A DNA stretch of 63,326 nucleotides, the filler included, from Deltaproteobacteria bacterium (GTDB lineage Bacteria > JAEEML01): NCBI GenBank assembly GCA_016283195.1. It is 6 parts of 6 records of this genome, joined end to end, with 100 filler letters (N's around TTAATTAATTAA, not from the genome) between each part and the next. Parts side by side here need not be neighbours in the genome. Positions count along the whole stretch, not along the records: positions 10,860 to 42,180 come from JAEEML010000145.1; positions 42,281 to 50,919 come from JAEEML010000146.1; 4 more parts are not named here. One strand, given 5' to 3'. A model generated the notes under the pieces. It ran no database searches. It saw only the letters and a program-made list of their open reading frames with translations, and was not told the origin of the DNA. Both the position numbers and the translations under genes were made by a program. Shown here piece after piece: positions 38,692 to 48,819 of this stretch. Position 1 is the stretch's first letter. The number at the start of each line of letters is the position of its first letter.

Positions 38692-38865
38692 ATGGTTATG
38701 GAAATTAATGACAATTGTGTTTCTTGTGGTGCCTGCGAGGGCGAGTGCGCTTTTGATGCTATTTATATGGGCGATTCACAATATCATATCGACCAAGAAA
38801 AATGCACCGGCTGTGGCGCCTGTACTGAGGCCTGTCCTTCAGACGCTATCCATCCCAAAGATTGA
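38692..38865 (+). CDS. 2x[4Fe-4S] ferredoxin
   Basis: CVSCGACEGEC and CTGCGACTEACP; AGGAG RBS. Confidence 0.93.
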   Translation: MVMEINDNCVSCGACEGECAFDAIYMGDSQYHIDQEKCTGCGACTEACPSDAIHPKD

Positions 38866-38882
38866 TAGCTAAAAAAGCGCCT

Positions 38883-39764
38883 CTAAACTTCCTCGTAATT
38901 TATCGTATATTTTTCTTCAATTTTTCCAATAATTTCACGCACTATAGAGAGCGGCGTAGAAGAGCCGGCCGTAATACCTACACGCCTGATATGGGGCTTA
39001 AATTCTTTAAGCTGCCCCACTTCGTCCAGCTGAATAGTGGCTACTTTAGCCCGGCATATATCGGCCAAATGGCAGCTATTAGCACTGACTTGGCTCCCGA
39101 CAACCAGCATTAAATCAACTATTTCCGCCATTTTGCCGGCTTCTGCCTGGCGTTTTTCCACTGCATTGCAGCGCAAATCAAAAGATCTAACATCGTCAAA
39201 ACAGGCGGCAAGCTCGGCAAGAGCTGCCTTAAAAGTTGCTTCGGTAATAGTAGATTGCGTAACTATGGAAACAGGTGTCTCTCGCCCCCAAGAAGGCAGG
39301 GGCTGATGAGCTAAAAAGGCAGATGAAATATTAGAAGAGCAACTCAAAATGCCTTGTACTTCCGGATGTCCGGCGCTACCAATGCAGATAACCCGCCGGC
39401 CCTCTGCCGATTCGGCCGCCGCCCGCTCGCGAATACGCGCCACCAGCGGACAAGTGGCATCTAAAAGTTTAATCCCGGCAGCTAAAGCTCGCTCCAAAAC
39501 AGGGCGTTGCTCACCATGGGCACGGATAACCAAAAGAGCCTTTTGTGGATTAGCTATTTCACCAATATCATTAATTATTTTTAGGCCCTTCTCTTCAAGT
39601 TCATGCACTAGGCGCGTATTATGAATCGGCCAGCCCAGGCCAAAAATAGTTTGCCCATCTTCCGCCGCCCGCTCAAGTGCTTCACTGATAAGTTTTATAA
39701 CTCTGGTCACGCCAAAGCAAAAACCGGCCTGCCTGGCCACAATCAATGTGAGTGGGGGCTTCAA
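38883..39764 (-). CDS. ispH: 4-hydroxy-3-methylbut-2-enyl diphosphate reductase
   Basis: AGFCFGV, IHN, IRAHG, DATCPLV, GHPEVQG, SANS, VGITAGSSTP. Confidence 0.95.
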   Translation of the reverse strand: MKPPLTLIVARQAGFCFGVTRVIKLISEALERAAEDGQTIFGLGWPIHNTRLVHELEEKGLKIINDIGEIANPQKALLVIRAHGEQRPVLERALAAGIKLLDATCPLVARIRERAAAESAEGRRVICIGSAGHPEVQGILSCSSNISSAFLAHQPLPSWGRETPVSIVTQSTITEATFKAALAELAACFDDVRSFDLRCNAVEKRQAEAGKMAEIVDLMLVVGSQVSANSCHLADICRAKVATIQLDEVGQLKEFKPHIRRVGITAGSSTPLSIVREIIGKIEEKYTINYEEV

Positions 39765-40378
39765 AGGTATTTCCCTATAGCTTGCAAGACATCAAGGCGG
39801 TCAATAAAGTCTGTCACATAATCCATGTGATCAGTCTCTACAATAAGTTTTTCGCTTTTATCCCAATTAGTTATCCACTCTTCATAAAGATTATTGAGTG
39901 TTTTAAGATAAGAAACGGGAATAGACTGCTCTTCCGGGCGTGCTCTAAGCGCGATGCGCCGCCGCAAAGTCGGCACACTGGCTCGCAAATAGATTAGTAA
40001 ATCCGGCGGATTAAGCGTGCTGATAATGCTTTCGTAAAGGTCGCGATAAACCTTATAATCTCTAGTCAAAAGGCAACGCTTACGGTGCAAATTTTGGGCA
40101 AAAATCTCGGCATCCTCATAAATAGTACGGTCCTGAATAACCGTGCGGGTAGTTACCGCTTTTTGTAACTCCTGATGAATGCGAAATTTATAAGTCAAAA
40201 AATAAACCTGGCTCTGAAAAGCCCAGCGCCGCATATCGGCATAAAAATCCTTTAAATATGGGTTGGTATCATTGGGCTCAAAGTAGGGTTCAATGTGATA
40301 GTAATCGCAGAGAATTTTTACCAGAGTACTCTTCCCGCAACCAATATTTCCGGCAATAGCTATATATCGTGGTTCCAT
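39761..40378 (-). CDS. Deoxynucleoside kinase
   Basis: IAGNIGCGKST, QDRTIYED, PDLLIYL, RIALRARPEE. Confidence 0.92.
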   Translation of the reverse strand: MEPRYIAIAGNIGCGKSTLVKILCDYYHIEPYFEPNDTNPYLKDFYADMRRWAFQSQVYFLTYKFRIHQELQKAVTTRTVIQDRTIYEDAEIFAQNLHRKRCLLTRDYKVYRDLYESIISTLNPPDLLIYLRASVPTLRRRIALRARPEEQSIPVSYLKTLNNLYEEWITNWDKSEKLIVETDHMDYVTDFIDRLDVLQAIGKYL

Positions 40379-40396
40379 AAATTTACCTTAATTATT

Positions 40397-41338
40397 TCAA
40401 AGAGATCCAGGACTTCTTGGCAATTCTTCGTTAGGAGCAGGCGCTGACGCTCCTGCTTCAAGGGCTTTTGGCTGCTCTTCATCTTTAGGCGGCTGTTCTT
40501 CGCTGCTATTTGCTTCAGGCTCCTGAGGAGCATCCGGTGCAGCCTGAACCGGCGGGGCAGATTCTACCTCTTGCTCTTCTGCAGGAGAAACCGGCTTTGT
40601 TTCCACAGCAGCAACCGGCGGTTCTTCTTTAAGAGCAGGTATAGGGGCCGGCAGGTCAAAAGCCTCAAGAGCTGCCGCCGGAGCGTGTTTTTGGCCCAAA
40701 CGGCGATAAGCATCAAGGCGCTTATCAATTTCAATAATCCATTTTTCGGCTTCTTTATGTTTGGAGCCGCCAAGTTCTCCGGCTAATTTGAATGACTTAA
40801 GCGCTTTGGCTAAATCATCAAAAGCCATTTTTACCAGGCGCTCACCATCAATATAGGCCAGCTCGCCGCGGAGCCCTTTAAGCTCTTTTTGTTGATCATC
40901 GCTAAGCCCGGAAAGGCGGCGCGCTCTATCAACATAATAAATGGCTTTATCAAAAGCTTTGGCCTCTTTTTCGGCCATACTTTTTTTAGTCCAGGAGCTC
41001 AGGAGGCCAAAAAGGCGGCGGTTGAGCTCCCCTAAATTGCTATATGTGCTCTTTTCCGGCAAAATCTCGCCGGCCGGGATATTTAGCGGAGCATATTGCT
41101 CATAAAGTGTGCCATCGGCTGGAACAAAGGCTTTGGAGCCCACGGGCAAAAATAGCCCCTGCTCAATAACAAGCTGGCCATCCTTGGCGTAAAGGTAATA
41201 GCGCTGGCTATTAATAACCGACAAAAGATAGACAATAACGCCGCCTAAAAGCAGCACCAGAATCAGTACCAAACAGCCGTTGATGCCCCGTTTTCCGCCA
41301 CTTTTGCCGCTTTGACTGGTTTCTTCATTCGTTGCCAT
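40397..41338 (-). CDS. Single-pass membrane protein with Pro/Glu-rich tail
   Basis: One TM helix, helical domain, low-complexity C-terminus; GGAGG RBS. Confidence 0.75.
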   Translation of the reverse strand: MATNEETSQSGKSGGKRGINGCLVLILVLLLGGVIVYLLSVINSQRYYLYAKDGQLVIEQGLFLPVGSKAFVPADGTLYEQYAPLNIPAGEILPEKSTYSNLGELNRRLFGLLSSWTKKSMAEKEAKAFDKAIYYVDRARRLSGLSDDQQKELKGLRGELAYIDGERLVKMAFDDLAKALKSFKLAGELGGSKHKEAEKWIIEIDKRLDAYRRLGQKHAPAAALEAFDLPAPIPALKEEPPVAAVETKPVSPAEEQEVESAPPVQAAPDAPQEPEANSSEEQPPKDEEQPKALEAGASAPAPNEELPRSPGSL

Positions 41339-41405
41339 AAACGCCTCCCGCCAATACTTTTATAGGTATAGCAAGAATGTTTTCATTTTACCAGAGAGGA
41401 AGTTT

Positions 41406-42180
41406 TTAGTCATCCTCACGCAGGCTGCGCGGCCTTAAAGCGCCGGATAGAACTCTTTTGCGCAGGCGAATAATAGCCGGGGTAACTTCCACCATTTCAT
41501 CATCTTTTATCCACTCTAAAGCACGCTCCAAAGGCATGGCTCTTGGCGGAGAAAGAATGCAGTTTTCATCTTTACCGGCAGCGCGCAGGTTGGTGAGTTT
41601 CTTGGGGCGCACCGGGTTAACATTCAGATCGTTCTCGCGGCAGTGCTCGCCTATTATCATACCCTCGTAAACTTCGGTATTGGCACCTATAAAGAGAGTA
41701 CCGCGCGGTTGCAGATGGAAGAGAGCATAGGCGGTGGTATCACCGAGGCGATCGGCGACAATGGCGCCAAAACTGCGCTGAGCAATAGGCCCGGCCCAGG
41801 GCATCCAACCATCAACAATGCTGTGCAAAAGTGCCGTACCTCTGGTGGTGGTCAAAAGCTGGTTGCGCAAACCAAAGAGGCCGCGAGTAGGAATGCGATA
41901 TTCAAGGCGCATCCGCGAGCCCTCCTGGCGCTGATCAAGCATAGTAGAGCGGCGACGCCCCACCACTTCGGTAACCGCGCCCATATATTCCGGCGGAATA
42001 TCAATAACTATGCGTTCAACAGGCTCCTCGAGCCCGTTTGGCCCCATGCGCGTTACAACTTGCGGGCTACGCACACAGAGTTCATAGCCTTCACGGCGCA
42101 AATTTTCAATAAGCACAGCCAGTTGCAGTTCGCCGCGGCCAAGTACGTTAAATTGATCCGGCGCCTCGCCGTCTTCCACA
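41406..42180 (-). CDS. typA: Translational GTPase TypA/BipA, C-terminal part
   Basis: GRGELQLAVLIENLRREGYE, IPTRGLFG, VYEGMIIGE, KKLTNLRAAG, EVTP. Confidence 0.96.
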
Positions 42181-42280
42181 NNNNNNNNNNNNNNNNNNNN
42201 NNNNNNNNNNNNNNNNNNNNNNNNTTAATTAATTAANNNNNNNNNNNNNNNNNNNNNNNNNNNNNNNNNNNNNNNNNNNN
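42181..42280. other. Assembly spacer
   Basis: N block with TTAATTAATTAA. Confidence 0.99.
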
Positions 42281-44265
42281 CTTGTTTCCGCTGCCAGCGC
42301 CAGATCCAGCGCCCCTTCGCCTTTTTGATTTTGCGCGTTTATTTCCGCCCCGGCGGAGGTGAGCGCCTGCACTGCCCCGGCGTTAAGAGCTTCGGCCGCG
42401 CACATGAGCGGCGTTTTACCCGAGCTGCTTTGGACATTCACCTTGGCCCCAGCCGCGATGAGCGCCCGGACTGCCTCAGCTCCGCCATAACAAGCGGCAT
42501 ACATGAGCGGCGTATTGCCCTCTTTATCCCGGGCGTTCACATCCGCCCCGGCGGCCAAAAGTGTCTGCATCGGCTCCAGATAACCGCCAGCCGCAGCAAA
42601 GTGCAGCGCTGTTTCGCCATCATTATTCACTGCTTTCACATCCAGCCCGGCCTGAATCAGCGTTTTGACAGCCTCCAGCCGGCGCTCAGCGGGAACTCTC
42701 TCGCTTGTGAGCAGAAAATCGGGCGGCGGCAGCGCCATCATCAGTAGCGTGCTGCCATTTTCATTCACCGCTTTGGGGTTTGCCCCGGCCTCAATCAGCG
42801 CTTTCAGCGCCTCGGGCTGGCCACCGCGTGCAGCCAGCATAATGGCGGTCAGGCCAATATAATTCCTGGCATTCAGGTCGGCTCCGGCAGCGGTCAGCAA
42901 GCGCACAACCGCACCACTGCCGCCCTTCACCGCCAGCATGAGCGCCGTCTCCTCCATCGCACCGTAGTGCACTTTATTCACATCAATTCCGGACTTAAGA
43001 AGCTCACGCACAAGTTCCACATCCCCTGCCGCACTGATCTGCTCCATCATGCGCATAATCATTTCGACGGCCTGCGTGCCCTCCTGATCCTTTGCTTTCA
43101 GATCGGCCCCGGCCTGAATCAATGCCTTCACCACCGGAATGGGGGCTAAGGCGGCAACCATGAGTGGCGTCCGCCCTTTATCATCCCGGGCATTCACATC
43201 GGCTCCGGCGGAGGTAAGCGCCCTGACGGTATCCAGCTTCCACTCAGGCGGAACATCCCTGCTCATCACAGATACCGCCCACATCAGTGCCGTCTCGCCA
43301 GTCCAATCCGCATCCGTCACTTTGCCGCCAGAATAACGCGCCCGGTCCCAGGCTTCCAGAGAGAGAGCATGGGCGTTCACATCGGCCCCGGCCTGAATCA
43401 GCGCCTCTACCACTTTCACATGACCTCTCTCGGCGGCCCACATTAGCGCGGTTTTGCCATAATTCTCAAAACTGTCACGGACATTCACATTGAGCTTGGA
43501 ATTGGAAGCGAGGAAAAAGCGTACAATCTCCGCCTGACCGCACAGGGCTGCATGGAGAAGCGTGTCGTCGTTTAGCTTCGCCCCGGCTTTGAGGAGCTTT
43601 TGCACCAGCTCCACATCATGACAGGCGGCTATTGAGAGCGCCAGCGCTTTCTGCAACGAGGAGAGCTCCACCCCGGCATCGAGAAAGGCCCGTAGCACAT
43701 CTGTCCGGAAATGTTCCAGCGCCTGGTCCAGCGCGCTTTTCCCCTCGATATTCTTCGTTTTCCAGTCGGCCCCGGCTTTGAGGAGCAGACCAATCACCTC
43801 GGGATTGGAGGCCAGCATCAGCGCCGTCTCGCAGTCACCGTCCTTCAGATCCAGCTTGGCTTTGGCGTTAATGAGGAGCCGCACCACTTCCACGCGATCG
43901 TGCATGGCGGCCTCCATCAGCGCCGTCGTCCGGCTGCTCTCGCCATAGGCATAAACATCATTGACGTTAGCCCCGGCGGCAAGGAGTGCCTTTACCTTTT
44001 CCGCATCGCCCTTCCGAGCCGCCTCCATTAGCGGCGTCTCATGATCCGTCGTGGCCTTTGCCCGGCACATCCTCGACTTAAGCTCATATTTGACCATTCT
44101 GGCCACGTCCTCTGCCGTCGGTCTGAAATGCGCCTCGGCATCCGGCGCGGGAAAAATGGCCAAAATGGCCAATGTGAGGCAAATTTTGATATGCTGTTTT
44201 AAAAGAAAGCAGCGCAGCCAGGAAAGCAGGTAATTCTGCTCACCATATTTATTCTTTAACCGCAT
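42281..44265 (-). CDS. Exported ankyrin-repeat protein, 3' truncated, start uncertain
   Basis: More than a dozen G-TPLM/TALM-AA...LI-AGADVNA repeats; hydrophobic leader ending AEA. Confidence 0.9.
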
Positions 44266-44533
44266 CTTTTACGGCTTTCCCTGCCTTTTTGGCTTTTTTC
44301 CAGCCTTTCTTCCCGGCTTTTTTGGTCGCTTTTGCGCCTTTTTTTACCCCGTTCGCCGTTTTATCTACGGCCTTTTCAACATCTATAGCCCGGGCGGCCT
44401 CTTGTTCGGGCCCGGCCAGCGCCACCTGGCTTTGGGGCTCTCCGGCTGATTCAGCGGCACCAGATAATGGTCTAGCCTGGGATGCAACGGGAATAGCCAG
44501 CAGAAAAGCCGCAAAAAACATAAATTTTAACAT
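44249..44533 (-). CDS. Small secreted protein with Lys/Ala-rich amphipathic tail
   Basis: Signal peptide (SQA); GAGGAG RBS. Confidence 0.75.
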   Translation of the reverse strand: MLKFMFFAAFLLAIPVASQARPLSGAAESAGEPQSQVALAGPEQEAARAIDVEKAVDKTANGVKKGAKATKKAGKKGWKKAKKAGKAVKDAVKE

Positions 44534-44675
44534 GTGATTCTCCTCATAAGGGTAAGAGTTATCGCCGCTTACAATAGCACGGCCTCGCTATTATAGGGCA
44601 TAATTTAAAATTAGTCGCGCAAAAAAATTCGCCAAATCAAAATAGCACGCCGGCTTGCGAACCATTTCCCAAGTA

Positions 44676-44755
44676 CTTTGGATTTCGTCTTGATTTGCCA
44701 ATTTAATTCTTTGGATTTCGTCTTGATTTGCCAATTTAATTCTTTGGATTTCGTC
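44676..44755. repeat. 33-bp perfect tandem repeat, about 2.4 copies
   Basis: ctttggatttcgtcttgatttgccaatttaatt at 44676 and 44709, partial copy at 44742. Confidence 0.93.
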
Positions 44756-44873
44756 CGGTCTTAGTTAATAGAGGCACTTTCGCCGAAGTAGATTTAGATG
44801 CGCGAAGCAGAAAATATGGTGGCTTTTGTCATACAGGATTATTTAATTTACTTGAAAAGAGGCGGAGAAGGCA

Positions 44874-46454
44874 CTAGCAGCTAACGCTAAACTCCTCTAT
44901 CTTGCACTCGTGAGTTTTTTCTTTGTCGTCATAATTAACGCCGATAAATAGCAGATTTCCCTTAAAATTTTGCAAAGAGGCAAAATATTTTTTCTCTCTT
45001 ATCTGGCTGAGTGCCGACTCAGTGGAGCTATTACGCTTCAGCTCAATTATCATGGCCGGAATGTTTGGCACAAAGGGTATAAAGACCACATCGGCAAAAC
45101 CCTTGCCGGTGGTCATCTCTTTGATAATTGTATATTTATTTAGGGCATATATGTAAGAGAGGTAAATAGCGCTCTGGAGCGCGTCTTCATTATTGTAACT
45201 CCGGTTACTCGTTACATGAATATGGCTTTCATCGAGAGCCCGGGCTACAGCTTCAGCATTTCCCGCGAGAGTTTCTGCTAAAAGTTCGCGCGATGATTCA
45301 ATAATATGGTTAGTTACCGCGTAATCGTCATTGGCTTCGATAGCGTTAAACCACTCCTGGCGCACCTCTTTATTGGGGATTCTGCAGGTTTTATCTTCTC
45401 TATTATAAGCTAGGTACCCAACATGGATGAGGTAAGTAAAGGCGTCACTACGTGTAGAAAAATCGGTCATGGTATTCATATAGCGAGTGACATTTACCGG
45501 CACATTTTCCCCGGCCAGCATTTTTATGACATCATCTTTCATGCCGGCAAAATTCTCTTTAATACGGTCGCTTATGACAGCATAAGTGGAAGTTTTGCCC
45601 CAATAATTATCAAAAATGCCATCTTCCATAGAGCGCACAACCGATTCGGGATTATAAATTTCCAGGCCGCGCTGATGATAGCCGTCATACCAGCGCTTGC
45701 ACTCGGCAAAAGAGACATCATACCTCTTACACAGCTCCTCAACTTCACCATCGGTAAAACCGACAAACTCGGCGAGCGGCCCGGCATCAAGAATGGTAAA
45801 TTCGCGGAAATTATTGAGTTTTGATTGCACTCTGTCGCGTACGATGGGCAAAATGCCGGTTAAATAAGCAAAGAGGATAGCCGGACGCACCGTGTCGTTT
45901 TTAAATAGGCCGTTTAAAAGGTCCAGATACTGTTTAAAAAGCGCTTCCGGGATTTTTTCGCGCACCAGAACATCGTATTCGTCCATAATGACAACAAATT
46001 GTTCGCCCGTTTTGGCAAAGACTTTTTGCATGCAATTGGCAATGGAATCATCCTCGGTAAAAGTTATTCCTTTAAATTCTTCGGCAAATTCTTCACGGAC
46101 ACTGCTTGTAAGTTTTATTATAAGATTTTCCGGCTTCATAGCCGTGCGATATTCACCATTTACATCAACTTTTATTACATTAAATTTATTGAGATTTTCA
46201 GAAAAACCTTCCCAGCTGGATATTTTCAAGGGCTTAAAGAGTTCCCGGGAATCACAGCCTTTGGAGTAATAAGCCGCCAGCATATTACCGGCGATGGTTT
46301 TCCCAAAGCGGCGCGGACGGGAGACGCAAAGATACTTATCATTGCGCTGAGCAAGCTGCTCTATAGCGGCGATCATCATGGTTTTGTCTACATAGATGGG
46401 AGCTCTTAAAGTCTCTTTAAAATTACTATTACTCGGATTCAGATAGATGCCCAT
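44874..46454 (-). CDS. AAA-ATPase-like plus PD-(D/E)XK nuclease (PDDEXK_9-type) protein
   Basis: YVDKT, SRPRRFGKT, IMDEYD, LTGILPI, WYDGY, GKGFADVVF, IIELK; GGAGG RBS before MGIYLN. Confidence 0.92.
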   Translation of the reverse strand: MGIYLNPSNSNFKETLRAPIYVDKTMMIAAIEQLAQRNDKYLCVSRPRRFGKTIAGNMLAAYYSKGCDSRELFKPLKISSWEGFSENLNKFNVIKVDVNGEYRTAMKPENLIIKLTSSVREEFAEEFKGITFTEDDSIANCMQKVFAKTGEQFVVIMDEYDVLVREKIPEALFKQYLDLLNGLFKNDTVRPAILFAYLTGILPIVRDRVQSKLNNFREFTILDAGPLAEFVGFTDGEVEELCKRYDVSFAECKRWYDGYHQRGLEIYNPESVVRSMEDGIFDNYWGKTSTYAVISDRIKENFAGMKDDVIKMLAGENVPVNVTRYMNTMTDFSTRSDAFTYLIHVGYLAYNREDKTCRIPNKEVRQEWFNAIEANDDYAVTNHIIESSRELLAETLAGNAEAVARALDESHIHVTSNRSYNNEDALQSAIYLSYIYALNKYTIIKEMTTGKGFADVVFIPFVPNIPAMIIELKRNSSTESALSQIREKKYFASLQNFKGNLLFIGVNYDDKEKTHECKIEEFSVSC

Positions 46455-46563
46455 GGCCACCTCCGGCGGCGTAGTATAACAGGTTATGCGTGGGCTAGCC
46501 ACTAAATTGCCGCCACTTATAACCAGCAAAGCAAAAGCTTAAAATCAAATGGTTCTAAAGGGC

Positions 46564-48819
46564 TTAAGGAATAGTAACGGAGGGGCTAGCCCAAATCTTC
46601 TTCAACTCAGCATGGCCCACCAGCGGCAGGCCCAGTTGGTAGGCGCTGTTATCACCGGCGCAATAGAGCTCGCCGCTCTCATTGATAAAGCAAGTATGCG
46701 CGCCGCCCACAGCCAGAGTTTGCCAGTGGCCGGCTATTTTTTGCGCTTCTTTTACAAAATAGTTCTCTTTGGCTACGCCGTCGGCCAGTTCGCCGTGCTC
46801 ACCGCTGCCCAAGCAAGCCACTTCGCCGCCGGCCAAAAGACCGCAAAGGTGCGCTTTATTGCCCTCTCCTGCTTCGGCCGCCAAAATAGTTTTAAAATTA
46901 CCGCCACTTAGCGGCCACTGGCGCACAGTATTCTCTTTTTGCGCCGCCGCCGGCCAGCATAAATTAGGCGCGCCCCAGCAGGCCAGCGAGCCATCACGCT
47001 TAATGACAATCAGTGAATCTCCGGCCATAGTGAGGTCATTAACGGCAGCCATTTTCAGCACACTCGGGCTTTTGCGGCCATATACACCGGTTTCAAAAAG
47101 CTGGCCCTGGCGATTACTGCCCAGGCAGGCAATCTGGTATTTATTGAGAAAGCAGATATTATTTTTGCCCATAATCACCTTGTTCCAGGAATTGCCGGTT
47201 TTCAGGCGGAAGGGACCATAGCTGCCGGCGGCGGCGCCAAAAGTATTGCCACTGCCATAGCACACCGGGTCGCCCTCGGTATCTATGCCGCAGGTATGTT
47301 CAAAACCGGCGCTTATGGAGCGGAATTTTTTGCCCAGTTGGTGCGGCGCCAAATACTTACCCCGCGCCGGGTCGGTAAATTGCCCTTTGCTGTTATCGCC
47401 AAAGCAGCGGGCCGTGCCCTCATTATCCAAAGCGCAGCAGTGATAAGGCCCGCAGGAGAGTTCCATAGTCATGCTGAGCCCATCTACCGGCGCGGGGCGC
47501 AGGAGCACTTTGTTATTCAGTGGGGCGCCGCACTGCCCACGGCTATTGTCACCAAAGCACCAAACAGAGCCATCTAGTGCAATGGCGCAGGTGTGCTTTT
47601 CGCCGGCGGCCACCTTAGTGTAATGGCCATCTCCCGCCACCGCCTCCGGGCTGGCCTTGTGCGTTATGCGCGGCGGTGGCGCCTCCTTTAGCAAATCGGC
47701 CACACTTTTCCCATAACCGGCACAAAGGAGCTCACCACTTTTTTTGAGCGCACAGTTGGTATGCCCAAGGGGTATAGCAGCCACAAAATCGCCATTAATC
47801 ACCGGCGCATCCGTGGTCAAAGAGGGATCATCAACGCCAAGCTCACTATATTCGTTGCTTCCCAGGCAGCGCATCCCGCCATTTTTAGTGAGCCCGCAGA
47901 GCGCAGAATTGCCAATAGTCACATTCAGCCAGGCAGTGTCATCCAGCTTTTGCCAATCGGGCGGGAGGCCCAAAGTCCTGGGCATATAGGGCAAATCCTG
48001 GCCGAGGCACCACAGCAAGCCGCTATCATCAAGAGCACAGCTTTCGCGCTCACCAAGAGCTATATAATTTACCTTATGCTCACCCATTTTGGTGAGATTT
48101 TCAAAAGTTTTTTGGCTATTACCGAGGCGCCCTAAATTATTCTCCCCCAGGCAAAAGAGCTCATTTTCTTCATTTATAGCGCAGAGATGGCCGGAGCTCG
48201 AGGCCATGGCCAGAAAGTTATTTCCCTTGGCTATCATCTTGGGATTATTCAAAATAAGCGTCTTTTCATTGCCGCCCAGCGGCCAGCCGCCGCTTGGGGC
48301 CGTACCAAAACAAAAAAGCCCTTTTTCTGCGGAAATAGCGCAAGTATAAGTGGCGCCGGCAGCGACAGCCCGCCAAAGGCCGGGCACTTTTTGCGGCTCT
48401 TTAACCACCTGGTCAAAAGGCAAATCGCTCCGCCCCAGCTGACTATATTGGTTGCTACCCCAGCACCAGAGCGAGCCATCCACTTTGAGAGCACAGGTAT
48501 GATGGCTGCCAAGAGCCACGGAAAACCAGGGTATCTCTTTTTGCTTAGCCGCTTCAGCAGCCTCTACTTTGGCCAATGTATTTTGAGATTCTGCTGTTTT
48601 TATGCCCAGTTGGCCATTGTCATTATTGCCAAGGCAAAAAAGTTCGCCGGCCGGCGTAATGAGGCAAAGATGGCCGCCATATTGCTGCGGACTTTTGGCT
48701 AAAACGGTGCGCTCCAGGTTATTGCCGTAAGGGGCGCTGAGTGTTAGAGTCTTTTCCTCACAACCATTTAATATTAAAAAAGAAAACAACAATAAGCTAA
48801 TAGGTGAAACTCGAGCCAC
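46564..48819 (-). CDS. RCC1-repeat lipoprotein
   Basis: Many G-xHTCA...G-xL-xC-xG-xN-xxGQLG repeats; lipobox LNGC. Confidence 0.88.
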   Translation of the reverse strand: MARVSPISLLLFSFLILNGCEEKTLTLSAPYGNNLERTVLAKSPQQYGGHLCLITPAGELFCLGNNDNGQLGIKTAESQNTLAKVEAAEAAKQKEIPWFSVALGSHHTCALKVDGSLWCWGSNQYSQLGRSDLPFDQVVKEPQKVPGLWRAVAAGATYTCAISAEKGLFCFGTAPSGGWPLGGNEKTLILNNPKMIAKGNNFLAMASSSGHLCAINEENELFCLGENNLGRLGNSQKTFENLTKMGEHKVNYIALGERESCALDDSGLLWCLGQDLPYMPRTLGLPPDWQKLDDTAWLNVTIGNSALCGLTKNGGMRCLGSNEYSELGVDDPSLTTDAPVINGDFVAAIPLGHTNCALKKSGELLCAGYGKSVADLLKEAPPPRITHKASPEAVAGDGHYTKVAAGEKHTCAIALDGSVWCFGDNSRGQCGAPLNNKVLLRPAPVDGLSMTMELSCGPYHCCALDNEGTARCFGDNSKGQFTDPARGKYLAPHQLGKKFRSISAGFEHTCGIDTEGDPVCYGSGNTFGAAAGSYGPFRLKTGNSWNKVIMGKNNICFLNKYQIACLGSNRQGQLFETGVYGRKSPSVLKMAAVNDLTMAGDSLIVIKRDGSLACWGAPNLCWPAAAQKENTVRQWPLSGGNFKTILAAEAGEGNKAHLCGLLAGGEVACLGSGEHGELADGVAKENYFVKEAQKIAGHWQTLAVGGAHTCFINESGELYCAGDNSAYQLGLPLVGHAELKKIWASPSVTIP

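Noticed and set aside
44676-44755. Possible mini-CRISPR array
   Set aside because: Units are contiguous and identical with no unique spacers, and no cas genes are present.
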